Of a stretch of DNA of 32,000 bases, positions 20,846 to 30,734 are shown piece after piece. The stretch spans positions 180,001 through 212,000 of the forward strand of contig ACYB01000042.1 in the NCBI GenBank assembly GCA_000175855.1, written 5' to 3'. The translations under genes and the position numbers were made by a program. The notes under the pieces are model-generated. The model saw nothing but the letters and a program-made list of their open reading frames with translations. It was not told the origin of the DNA and did not search any database. Within the stretch, counting starts at the first letter, position 1. Each line of letters begins with the position of its first letter. Source of the stretch: Raphidiopsis brookii D9. Lineage in GTDB: Bacteria; Cyanobacteriota; Cyanobacteriia; Cyanobacteriales; Nostocaceae.

Positions 20846-21295
20846 TCAATTATCTGGTTGTAAATCAACAGCATACTGTTTAAATCTTTCTAAGTCTGCT
20901 TGAAGCGTTGATTCCACCACCCGACCTAAAAACAAATTGTCCATCAACTTACCAAGGATTCCTGGTATAGCGTAGGCGACCGTCATTTTGACAATACTAC
21001 CCTCCTGATGGCGGTCATAAAAGCGAATAGCTCCCTGATTTGGTAGGCCATCAACCGATTCCCACTGGATAATTTGCTGGGAGGTAATTCGGAGGATGCG
21101 AGATTTCCAGGTGAATTCCAGACCACCCGTGCTCAGTTTCCAAAGGGAGATATTGGGGTCATCGGTGGAGATATTCACCGAATCAATCCATTTCATCCAT
21201 TTGGGCATTTGTTGTAAATCAGACCACAATTCCCATACTAGTTCTATGGGAACTGGAACTTCTATCTGTACGCTATGCTCTAACCAGTCAGCCAT
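20846..21295 (-). CDS. SRPBCC family (cyclase/dehydrase-like) protein
   Basis: VEIPVELVWELWSDLQQMPKWMKWIDSV; GAIRFYDRHQEGSIVKMTVAYAIPGILG; next to crtQ. Confidence 0.8.
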   Translation of the reverse strand: MADWLEHSVQIEVPVPIELVWELWSDLQQMPKWMKWIDSVNISTDDPNISLWKLSTGGLEFTWKSRILRITSQQIIQWESVDGLPNQGAIRFYDRHQEGSIVKMTVAYAIPGILGKLMDNLFLGRVVESTLQADLERFKQYAVDLQPDN

Positions 21296-21352
21296 GGGAT
21301 TTGAGTTTTGTTTGAGACTTTACATCTTAAATTTTAGAGGGTCAATTAACTG

Positions 21353-22803
21353 TCACTTAAAAATTCCCCCAGTTGCTAAAATTGCCTTAGCTGCTCGTTT
21401 ACCAGAAATAGTCGCCCCCTCCATACTATCAATATAGTCTTGTTGCGTATAACTGCCAGCTAGGAAAAAGTTGCCCACAGGTGTTTTCTGATCTGGACGG
21501 TATGGATCCATCCCTGGTGCTTCTCTGTAGAGAGATTGGGCCAACTTGACTACACTGTACCAAGTCATGTTCAACTCCCTAGAAGAAGGAAACAACTCAT
21601 GAACTTGCTTGAGTACGTGGTGAGCGATCGCCTCATTACTTTGTTTAATAAAGGGATCACCGGGTGTGAGAACTAGCTGCATGAGGGAACCTTGTCCGGG
21701 ACGATAATAATCTGCGGGACTGGTTAGGGCCAAATCAGCAAAACAGGAGAAGTCAGCATCGGCGGTATATAATAAATTATCTATACCGACAGCTTGATGG
21801 AGCTGGTGACGTTTTTCTGAGTCTTGTAGTTCTGTCACCCATCCATCGAACCGGAGTTGTACAGTAGCAACGGGTACTGCATCTAACTTGTAAATATTGT
21901 CAAATTCTGGCCACTTGCGCCAGGATGGGGGAAGAACGCGCTGAATTCCTGGCACATCACAAGCAAAAACATAAGCATCTGCTGTGATTAGTTCTTCCTG
22001 CTCACCTTGAGCGACCAATATACCTGTAACCTCAGATTGGGAGTCAGACTCAGTAAATTTAATTTCTCGCACTTGACGACGGGTATGAATTTTGGTTCCC
22101 CTATTCGTCAAATAATTAACAATAGGTTGATGTAAATATTCTTGAGGTGAACCTTCCAGCATGCGTAGAATAGAAGCTTCGGTTTTAGCTGCAAAGAACT
22201 GGAAAATTGTCAACATGCAACGGGCAGAAATATGGTCACAATCGATAAAACCCAAAGCATAAGCAATAGGATTCCACATCCGTTTGATGCTCCCTTTACT
22301 CCCTCCATGACTGTAGAACCACTCAGAAAAGCTAATCCTATCTAAATTGCGGATATCCCTCATAGCTCCTTCAAAGTCAATCAGACCTCGAACGATAGGA
22401 CTAGTGCCCAGAGCAAGAGCATTTTGTAACTTGTCTTGTAATGAAAGTTGGGAAGTGGTAAAAACGCCTTTAACCCATTAAAAGGTGCGCCAGTAATAAA
22501 TCGAAAGTCTAAAGCTCCCGTATTTCCACCTTTATTGACAAAGACGTGAGTGTGTTCCTTGAGACGTAAATTATTGCCTGCTCCCACCTTTGCCATCAGC
22601 TCAAATAGATTGTAGTAGCATCCAAAAAATACATGCAGTCCCATTTCTATGTGATTGCCATCACCATCCACCCAACTGCTGACCTTACCACCGACAAATG
22701 GGCGAGCTTCGAAAATTTCCACATCCCAACCCGCATCAGCTAAATCTACAGCAGTAGCTAATCCAGCCAATCCTGCTCCCACAATTACAACACGCATTCC
22801 CAA
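21353..22803 (-). CDS. crtQ: 9,9'-di-cis-zeta-carotene desaturase, split by an apparent -1 frameshift near 22460-22464
   Basis: [65 protein letters not shown]...GLKAF; adding one T restores [49 protein letters not shown]. Confidence 0.93.
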
Positions 22804-23051
22804 AAAATTCCTTTATTGCTTAGACCCAGTTATCATTTTCCCTTGTTTACAAATTGTAACTTGAATTGGGGTCAAAAATTTGCGAAGCTATAGCAACCAC
22901 AGCATCTAAGAATTTTTATTCTAAAATAAGGTTGTTAGGTCTATTCAGACAAACTTTTTTCATGTTTTGCCACCTATGGGAAGAGGGCATAACTAACACT
23001 CATTTAAACCTAACATATTTAAACTCACTAAGTTAACACTGAAGTAATTTT

Positions 23052-24665
23052 ATGACAGGTTTTAGTCCATCCACTATTCGTAGATTAAAGAAATTGACGC
23101 AAGTGCCCTGTGTATGGGAGGGAGATCGGCGTACACTTTTGTCACCAGTGGTCAGTGAAGAATTTGAATTACCAGCTGGGGAGTGTATTCTCTGGGTGGA
23201 TGGTTCGGAGGGAGTTATTAGAAGTATGGAGGTAATAGGCTCAGTACAAGGAAGGGAAGCCATGGTGCGTACTCTAATACAGGCAATGGAACATCCGCAA
23301 GGTGGAAATAAACGTGCCAGACCCCAAAAAATCCTCGTACGGGACAGAGAAGTTCAATTTTACCTGCGAGGGATTTTACAAGGTTTGGACATTGTAGTTG
23401 ATTATTCACCAGAACTACCACTGATTGATCAAATTTTCCAGTCCTTTGGTGAGGTGATGGAAAGCTATGTCCCCCCTTTACCCCCAAAATACGCAGAAGA
23501 TCTTACAAAAAAGGCTTACAAAATTTGGGAAATGGCACCATGGGAATTCGTCCATCCAAATAAGATTATTTCCATAGAAATTAATAAGTGGGATATAGAA
23601 AAACTTTATGTTTCAATTATGGGAGGTGCTGACTATACCTTGTTGTTCTACCGTTCTGCAGAGTCTCTGACAAGATTCCGCACGGATTTTTACCACTGCT
23701 ATGAAGAATCTGAAGACGAGTCTTTGGAATCAGCTTTTCTCCAGCAGGATTGCCTATTTCTCACTTTTGATCCCATAGATGAGGATGATCAAGACATGGA
23801 GACAGAAGATGAAGATATAGGGTATTTACCATCCTCAGAAATTGAACCCGATTTTGGGACTATCCACCCTTTGGAAGGATTAAACTCCATTCTGTACGAA
23901 GAAGAAGCACAGATTATGTATGTTGCACTCGAAAGCGTCATCCGTTTTCTACGTGACCATAAACGTCCCCTGTCCCAAAAGGATTTCCCGGTAATTACCC
24001 GACGCTATCGCATTTCTGTACCTGATTGTGATCAAGGCAATCAAAATGTATCTGTCAATATTTGTACCATGCCAGAACTGTATTCACAGTTATATGAGAT
24101 TGAAAGTGCCCATTTAGTGGAAGTGGAAGATGATTTCGATCAGATCGAGCAATTACGGTATGACTTAATACCGGAAGGTTGTTTGCTGTCTATTGGAACC
24201 ATACCCTGGAACAGCTTAATTTCTCTACCTCCTAACATTAGACATTTAGGAGGTCACAAAATTAAGGCTAAATGCGACACGATCCCTATTGTTTTAGTAC
24301 AAACTTCTCGCGCAAAAGCAAACACTATCATTAAAAATATTCGCGATGCAGGAGATATTACAGGGATTTGCTTTAGTACTGTAGATAGTCACCAAGATGG
24401 AAAAAAAGTTGATTTGAGTATCCTGCAAACACAAAATGAGAACCTGTTCTTAATTACGGAATTTTCACACGAGGATGAAAACTATATTGCATCCCACAAA
24501 AGATGGAAGAGAGCGTGTCACCTCAATGGTGGCCATTGTGGATTAGTCATTACCAAGGGACTCTCCAACAACCGTGGTAATCCCGGAATCGATGATATTA
24601 TGGCCTTCTTTGATGGAAAATGTATTACCCCTCAAGAATTAAGCATCAGGTTTTCAGAAATCTAA
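23052..24665 (+). CDS. Conserved cyanobacterial protein of unknown function (DUF6930-like)
   Basis: Single 537-aa ORF, acidic; family assignment from recognition of LTQVPCVWEGDRR...WVDGSEGVIRSMEVIGSVQGREAMVRTLIQAMEHPQGG...RPQKILVRDREVQFYLRGILQGLDI. Confidence 0.7.
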   Translation: MTGFSPSTIRRLKKLTQVPCVWEGDRRTLLSPVVSEEFELPAGECILWVDGSEGVIRSMEVIGSVQGREAMVRTLIQAMEHPQGGNKRARPQKILVRDREVQFYLRGILQGLDIVVDYSPELPLIDQIFQSFGEVMESYVPPLPPKYAEDLTKKAYKIWEMAPWEFVHPNKIISIEINKWDIEKLYVSIMGGADYTLLFYRSAESLTRFRTDFYHCYEESEDESLESAFLQQDCLFLTFDPIDEDDQDMETEDEDIGYLPSSEIEPDFGTIHPLEGLNSILYEEEAQIMYVALESVIRFLRDHKRPLSQKDFPVITRRYRISVPDCDQGNQNVSVNICTMPELYSQLYEIESAHLVEVEDDFDQIEQLRYDLIPEGCLLSIGTIPWNSLISLPPNIRHLGGHKIKAKCDTIPIVLVQTSRAKANTIIKNIRDAGDITGICFSTVDSHQDGKKVDLSILQTQNENLFLITEFSHEDENYIASHKRWKRACHLNGGHCGLVITKGLSNNRGNPGIDDIMAFFDGKCITPQELSIRFSEI

Positions 24666-24895
24666 GTATTACTTATTACTCAATATTACTGAGTCCAACA
24701 ATTTTTATGTTAATCTGTAGTTTTCCGTAGTGCCGTTAGGCAATAATTGTTGTATGATTATGGTTTGGACAGTTTAACTCCTATACAACCCAAAAAAGAC
24801 CAAAAAAGTTGGATAATTCCGGGTTTTATCGCCTGGAAGTTTGGAAATAAAGGTATCATTTTCTACTCTTAACAAGCGGGAATTTGTGTCTGATG

Positions 24896-25087
24896 ACTAA
24901 CAAAAAATGGGCTGTTAAACGTATAACCGTCAATCTGGCAACACAAGAGGCTGAAAAACTGGAAAAATATTGTCAACAAACCGGAAGACCAGCTACAGAT
25001 GTGATTCGTGAACTCATTAGGAGCTTACCCAATAATGATGAGTATAAGTCCTTAGCAATCGAAGGTTTATCCAGCACTCACTTTTAG
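24896..25087 (+). CDS. Ribbon-helix-helix (CopG/MetJ-like) small protein
   Basis: [37 protein letters not shown]; start adjusted from 24884 to the MTNKK ATG. Confidence 0.7.
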   Translation, partial: TNKKWAVKRITVNLATQEAEKLEKYCQQTGRPATDVIRELIRSLPNNDEYKSLAIEGLSSTHF

Positions 25088-25194
25088 CCAGGTTTGGAGC
25101 AAAACAACCAAAACAATGGTACAATTACATCAGGACTAGTTTAATTCTCAAGAATCCTCAAAAAGTCTATTTAGCTAAGGAGTTTAAATCAGAT

Positions 25195-25551
25195 ATGACA
25201 CCAGTAGCTCAAACTCAACAACGCGGAATTATTCTCAGTGAGTCCGCATTACGTCAAGTAAAATCCCTCCAATCTCAACAAGGCCAGGATTTATGCCTGA
25301 GGGTGGGAGTTCGTCAAGGCGGTTGTTCTGGAATGTCCTACATGATGGATTTTGAAGACCTCTCTAAAATTACCCCCCAGGATGAGGTTTTTGATTACGA
25401 TGGCTTTAAAATTGTTTGCGATCGCAAGAGTTTATTATATCTATATGGATTAATGCTAGACTACAGCAATGCTATGATTGGTGGAGGTTTCCAATTTACC
25501 AATCCCAATGCTTCCCAAACCTGTGGTTGTGGCAAATCCTTCGGGGTATAA
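25195..25551 (+). CDS. Iron-sulfur cluster assembly accessory protein (IscA/HesB/SufA-like)
   Basis: [21 protein letters not shown] and C-terminal CGCGKSF. Confidence 0.92.
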   Translation: MTPVAQTQQRGIILSESALRQVKSLQSQQGQDLCLRVGVRQGGCSGMSYMMDFEDLSKITPQDEVFDYDGFKIVCDRKSLLYLYGLMLDYSNAMIGGGFQFTNPNASQTCGCGKSFGV

Positions 25552-25585
25552 TGACTAAATTAATTCAACTAATTAATTCAACACA

Positions 25586-26011
25586 ATGACCGTGACAGTT
25601 GAGGAACTATTTGATACAGGGTTACAGCGATATAAGGATGGTGAGTCTGCTGCAGATCTCATCCCTCTATTTAAAGAGGTGTGCGATCGCTCACCGAAAT
25701 CAGGTTCGGCATGGATATGTTTAGCCTGGTTGTATCTTTTAGAAGAAAAAGGCCAACTAGCCTATAAAGCGGCGAGTAAAGCAGTCAAGATCAACCCCCA
25801 AGATCCCCAAGGTAGGGTTAATTTAGCCCTAGCCATGTTAGAGACAGGTCAAAAGGGTTTAAGAGAACACATAATAGCTGCCCAGCAATTGATTTTCGTC
25901 AATAAAGAATGGGAAGAAGACCTGAGAAATAGTATTGAGGATGGTTTAGCTAGAAAGCCCAACTGGAACAATTTAGCTAAAGTGAAAACATGGTTATTTG
26001 ACATCAGTTAA
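25586..26011 (+). CDS. Tetratricopeptide-repeat-like protein
   Basis: SAWICLAWLYLLEEKGQLAYKAASKAVKINPQDPQGRVNLALAMLETG. Confidence 0.75.
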   Translation: MTVTVEELFDTGLQRYKDGESAADLIPLFKEVCDRSPKSGSAWICLAWLYLLEEKGQLAYKAASKAVKINPQDPQGRVNLALAMLETGQKGLREHIIAAQQLIFVNKEWEEDLRNSIEDGLARKPNWNNLAKVKTWLFDIS

Positions 26012-26022
26012 AGCATAATTCG

Positions 26023-26262
26023 ATGAAGGAAAAAATATTAAACTGGGTTAATATAATACTAGTAGCCGACTTTTTCCTAGTGATTTTAGGATTTGGCTGG
26101 TTTGCCATAGCCATTGTAGGTAATGCTTCAGGGATGAACTTAGGATTAGACCTTTGGCATAAACTATGGACCCCCCTATTCAATCCAGCCATTGGCTTGC
26201 TCATGGGGGGAGCATTAGTCAGTGGAATTAGCAGTTGGGTGAGTAAGAAATTTAGCAATTAG
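26023..26262 (+). CDS. Small membrane protein, unknown function
   Basis: ORF with two hydrophobic stretches (IILVADFFLVILGFGWFAIAIVG; LFNPAIGLLMGGALVSGISSWV). Confidence 0.6.
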   Translation: MKEKILNWVNIILVADFFLVILGFGWFAIAIVGNASGMNLGLDLWHKLWTPLFNPAIGLLMGGALVSGISSWVSKKFSN

Positions 26263-26266
26263 CGAA

Positions 26267-27190
26267 TCAGGTTAAAATTTCCCGTAACGCGGAGGAAAGA
26301 AGGGGGTACTGATACTCAAAACCCAATGCTTGAGTACGTTGAGGTAGAACCCGTTGTCCTTCCAGAACCACCATCGCGCCCTCCCCCAAAAGTGCTTCCA
26401 GGGCGAATCCGGGTACTGGTAGCCAAGCGGGACGGTTCATCACCTGTGCCATTGTATTGCTAAGGTCTTTCATTTGCACAGGATGGGGAGCAGTAGCATT
26501 GTACACACCTTGTGCATTTGGATCAACCAAAGACTGAATAATTAGATTTACAATATCGTTGAGATGAATCCAAGAGAACCACTGATTACCACTACCAATG
26601 GGACCGCCCGCAAAAAGTTTGAAGGGAGTAATCATTTTACCTAAAGCACCACCATTACCCAGGACAATACCAAAGCGCAAAATGACCAACCGCACATCAT
26701 AATTCCTCACCATTTGTGCTTGTTCTTCCCACTGTTGACAGACCTGAGCGAGAAAATCTTTACCTGTGGGGCTATTTTCATCAAAAGTAGCGGTTTGACT
26801 AGTGCCATAAAAACCAATAGCTGAAGCATTAATCAACACAGATGGTTTAGGTTTGGCTTCAGCTATCGCTTCGACAATTTTTTGGGTGCCCAACTTGCGA
26901 CTGTTAAGAATGTCCAGCTTGTGTTCTGGAGTCCAGCGTTGTTGAGTGATGGGTTCCCCTGCTAGGTTTACCACACCATCACAACCAGCAATTCTACTTT
27001 GCCAGACTCCAGATACACCAGGTGTGTAAGCCAAAATTTCCACATTGGGAAAAACCTCGGAAGGAAAAATCCTAGCAGCGGATCTAGTAGGATTACGACT
27101 TAACACTAATATTTTTTCACCTCTGTCATGTAGACATTGGACTAAACGACTACCGACAAATCCAGTTGCTCCAGTAACTGCTACTTTCAT
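26267..27190 (-). CDS. TIGR01777 family NAD-dependent epimerase
   Basis: MKVAVTGATGFVGSRLVQCLHDRGEKILVLSRNP; NLAGEPI; SAIGFYGTS; WFSWIHLNDIV. Confidence 0.9.
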   Translation of the reverse strand: MKVAVTGATGFVGSRLVQCLHDRGEKILVLSRNPTRSAARIFPSEVFPNVEILAYTPGVSGVWQSRIAGCDGVVNLAGEPITQQRWTPEHKLDILNSRKLGTQKIVEAIAEAKPKPSVLINASAIGFYGTSQTATFDENSPTGKDFLAQVCQQWEEQAQMVRNYDVRLVILRFGIVLGNGGALGKMITPFKLFAGGPIGSGNQWFSWIHLNDIVNLIIQSLVDPNAQGVYNATAPHPVQMKDLSNTMAQVMNRPAWLPVPGFALEALLGEGAMVVLEGQRVLPQRTQALGFEYQYPLLSSALREILT

Positions 27191-27266
27191 ATAGTTTATT
27201 TTTCACATACCGATGGTATTTTGGTTACTAATTGATCCCTATTTTATCACAATTGGATTTCCTTAG

Positions 27267-27656
27267 CTAGCCAAACCAATTCGACGGTTCACAACCAGGA
27301 TGAACTGGTTCATTCAAAATGTGACTAATTACATCAGCTTTAGCTTGAATGATAGCAAAAACTCCCTGGTGGACTAAATTTTGCAGATGTAGTTGCTGCG
27401 CTAAAAAGTTACCTGATAAATGTCTATTAAATAATCTATTGTCACCATTTTCCTCTTTATTCACCACCAGCAACATTTGGTCTTGACTAATCGTAGGACT
27501 AATGCCGGGTATGCGATTCATCACGAAAACAATCAACTCCTGACGTAAATCACTAATTTCAAAAACTTGCTGATAGGGACTGTATGGGTACGTGCGCAAA
27601 ATGCTTTCAATTTCCCCAATTACCAGTTCCTGTGTTAACTTAATCACGGTCTTCAT
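27267..27656 (-). CDS. ComFB-like late competence development protein
   Basis: EISDLRQELIVFVMNRIPGISPT...FNRHLSGNFLAQQLHLQNLVHQGVFAIIQAKAD. Confidence 0.65.
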   Translation of the reverse strand: MKTVIKLTQELVIGEIESILRTYPYSPYQQVFEISDLRQELIVFVMNRIPGISPTISQDQMLLVVNKEENGDNRLFNRHLSGNFLAQQLHLQNLVHQGVFAIIQAKADVISHILNEPVHPGCEPSNWFG

Positions 27657-27861
27657 AACTTTTGTACTCCATTTTATTAAAACGCCAAATTTCTATCTAT
27701 ATTGATAATTATTTAACAGTTCACAAGAATATGCTCAAAAACTACACGAAACTAAGTGTAAACATTAGGGATCAATTTTATAAAGGAAAAATAGGCAATA
27801 GGGGGGAGGGAGTGGGCAGTTGATAGACAAACTTTTTGATATATGTTACTATTGGTACAAT

Positions 27862-27879
27862 CCGGTGGAAATCCATCGG
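27862..27879 (+). other. Strong short hairpin in the 5' leader of the YaaW-like gene
   Basis: CCGGTGG-AAAT-CCATCGG: 7-bp stem with one G-U, 4-nt loop, about 50 nt before the start. Confidence 0.5.
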
Positions 27880-27928
27880 GGAAGCAAAACATCAAAAAAC
27901 CTAAACATGGGATAAGGAGGAAAGAAAA

Positions 27929-28771
27929 TTGGATGAGCTGAGGACAGTTCTGGAGTTGGCGACCCAGGAAGAACTGCAAGACATCACCGCAATTCTGTTC
28001 AGTCGTAAATTTAACCCCTTAGATTATGTTCACACCCCGGAACCTGTCATGGTACAAAGCCAAAATCGTCAGGCCTGGTTAGATACTTTAGAGAGTAGAT
28101 TTAGATTTTTAGCAGCTGATGGAATAACAGTGTTGCGTAAGCGTACTGAACAAGTAACATATAGGCAAGCCCTAATTCAAGTTTGTAAGCATTTAAAAAT
28201 ATCCTATTATGAAGAATTATCAACCGTTGATTTAGAAGCAGAAGTATTTTTGCATCTTCTAGGAAAAGTTTGGAGAAAATTACCACGACAACAACGGCAA
28301 AAAATTTCTTCTCGAATACAGTCTCAACTAATAACGTCAGATTTACCCAATTCCGTGTTACAATTGTTGCCTACAGATTCTCTGGGATTGATTTTCAAAG
28401 CTGGTAGTGCAGTAGCGGTCACTTCCGTTATTCAACCATATTTACTCAAACAAATTGCTTGTCAGTTTGCTACCCATTTAGCCACCTATCAGGTAGCCAA
28501 GCAAGCTACCATTGTTGGAACAGAAATGGCCAGTCAACAAATTAAAAACTATGTTACCGCCCAAATGGCGCGACGGGGAATGACCCTCAGTGCTGCTCGT
28601 TATGGTGCGGTACGCACTGTTTTTTCTATCGTGGGACCCGTAATGTGGGCTTGGTTCCTAGCAGATTTGGGTTGGCGGACAATTTCTACTAACTATGGTC
28701 GTATTATTCCCACTATTTTCACCCTTGCTCAAATTCGTCTCACTCGCACAGAATGTTGGCAGCCAACTTAA
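27929..28771 (+). CDS. YaaW-like conserved protein (TTG start)
   Basis: MDELRTVLELATQEELQDITAILFSRKFNPLDYV...; SD AAGGAGG upstream of the TTG start. Confidence 0.65.
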   Translation: MDELRTVLELATQEELQDITAILFSRKFNPLDYVHTPEPVMVQSQNRQAWLDTLESRFRFLAADGITVLRKRTEQVTYRQALIQVCKHLKISYYEELSTVDLEAEVFLHLLGKVWRKLPRQQRQKISSRIQSQLITSDLPNSVLQLLPTDSLGLIFKAGSAVAVTSVIQPYLLKQIACQFATHLATYQVAKQATIVGTEMASQQIKNYVTAQMARRGMTLSAARYGAVRTVFSIVGPVMWAWFLADLGWRTISTNYGRIIPTIFTLAQIRLTRTECWQPT

Positions 28772-30059
28772 AGCAAATTCAACAGTTTTTTGTCCATCCC
28801 CATTCTAGTCTACAACTACCATGGAATAGTTTGTTGCTGGGGTTACTGATTCTCCCCATTAATCCATTTTTTGGGGCCATAGCCATTGGTTGGGCATCCT
28901 ATAAGACCTGGAGAAAAAAATACTCCAGTATTCAACGCAAAACCTTGAATCATTTATTGGTAATTTTAAGTTTTTGGTTTTTAATTACTACTGGATTTAC
29001 GGTATTTGCTAGGGATCAACCAGATGCTTTTTTAGGATTATTCAATTTCTTGCCATATTTTGTAGTGTTTGCTGGATTAACTCCTTTAATCACCACGGTT
29101 AGTGAATTACGTCAATTGACTTGGATTATTGTATGCAGTTCTTTACCTGTAGTAATGATTGGCTTGGGACAACTGTTTTTAGGTTGGCATGCACGATGGC
29201 AATTTCTATCAGTAGTGGTTAATTTGACAATTGACCCTGGGGGAGAACCCTTGGTAAGAATGTCCTCCGTATTTATGAACGCCAATACCCTAGCAGCTTA
29301 TCTGATTACCGTATTGATTTTGGGCTTAGGTTTATGGTTAGAAAATTATCACAAGATCCGCAAAAAAGCAAATCCCCTAGGGTTTATATTTTTAAGTGTA
29401 GTGATCATTGCTAACTTTTTAGCTTTGATTTTAACCGGCTCTCGTAATGGTTGGGGAATAGCAGTTATGGCTTGTATTGCCTATGCTCTTTATCAAGGTT
29501 GGCGACTAATTATAGCTGGAGTAATAGGGTTAACTACCAGTATTATATTAGCATCCTTTGCAACTGAGAGAATCGCTTCTGTTTTTCGTAGTTTCGTTCC
29601 CCGTTTTATCTGGGCGCGATTAAATTCTGACACACCCCTGGCATTAATGCGTAAAACCCAGTGGCAGTTTGCTTGGGATTTGACCCTACAACAACCTTTA
29701 AGCGGTTGGGGTCTACGCAGTTTCCCTCACCTTTATGAGCAGAAAATGGGTGTTAGTGTTAACCATCCCCACAATCTGTTTTTAATGCTATCAGCAGAAA
29801 CTGGTTTAGTTACTACCTGCTTATTTTTTGGTTTTTTTTGGCTTGGATACTAATTGCTGCCATTAAATTTTGGTACAAGTGCTCTTTACCAAAAGAAAAT
29901 AGATTGGTCTTTTTGAGTTACCTATTAGCTTTTATAGGCTGGATAATGTTTAACATGGCAGATGTGACTACTTTTGACCTGATATTAAGTGCCCTGTTCT
30001 GGGTAATTTTAGCAGCTTTATATGGTGCAGCTCATCGCTATGAAGGTTCCCATCATTAA
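28753..30059 (+). CDS. O-antigen ligase/IctB-like polytopic membrane protein, split by an apparent frameshift near 29832-29839
   Basis: ILTGSRNGWGIAVMACIAYALY...QQPLSGWGLRSFPHLYEQKMGVSVNHPHNLFLMLSAETG (Wzy_C-like). Joining gives GFF(F)LAWILIAAIKFWYKCSL. Starts inside the end of the YaaW-like gene. Confidence 0.75.
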
Positions 30060-30141
30060 CTCCAGCAGGGGATTTTTGTATAAATCCCAGATTTTGTCCT
30101 ATTCTATTGGATATCAGCAGTTACAATTTTATGTCTAGTTT

Positions 30142-30657
30142 ATGCCCACTACAGCAGATTTTCTTCAATACTCCCAATGGTCAGGAATCACGACCATAGC
30201 ACTTGCAGCACTGACAATTTTGGCTCTTCTATTTAAATGGGGATTACGTTTTCGCTTGGTAGGTGCAACTGGTTTTATGCTTGTGCTCACAGTAGGACTC
30301 TTTTCACTATCCCTAGTTCCCCTCAGTCGTACAGTAATTCCTGGTGCTTCTAGATATACTTTAGTTTATGACAATGGTTCCAACCAAGCTGTAATTGCTA
30401 CCAGTCCAGATATTACTCCTACCCAGCTAGAAGCAACTTTACGCCAAGCAGCTAGTAATCTCTACTCCTACGGGCGCATGGGATCTGGAAGGAATAACAG
30501 TTTGACAATTCGCGCTCGGACAGTTCTCCACCCAGAATCAGGTATATCAACACCTGTCTACTTGGGTAAAGTGGAAAGAACACTAGTTACCCGCGAAGAC
30601 CCACAAATGTTGGTGGAAGTCTTCTTGGATAAATTTCCCCAATTACCACCATCCTGA
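30142..30657 (+). CDS. Ycf51 family protein
   Basis: LQYSQWSGITTIALAALTILALLFKWGLRFRLVGATGFMLVLTVGLFSLSLVPLSRT. Confidence 0.8.
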   Translation: MPTTADFLQYSQWSGITTIALAALTILALLFKWGLRFRLVGATGFMLVLTVGLFSLSLVPLSRTVIPGASRYTLVYDNGSNQAVIATSPDITPTQLEATLRQAASNLYSYGRMGSGRNNSLTIRARTVLHPESGISTPVYLGKVERTLVTREDPQMLVEVFLDKFPQLPPS

Positions 30658-30734
30658 AATCATTTAGGTTTTGACCCATATAGTACATATTTATTATTAA
30701 TATTTGTGGTGGTGTTTGCCATACTATATCTATT

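Noticed and set aside
24884-25087. RHH protein as the antitoxin of a toxin-antitoxin pair
   Set aside because: No small toxin-like ORF lies directly next to it; the following gene is an IscA-like protein about 100 nt away.
9199-25690. Repeated GCGATCGC palindromes as a novel motif
   Set aside because: This is the well-known HIP1 octamer of cyanobacterial genomes, not a new element.
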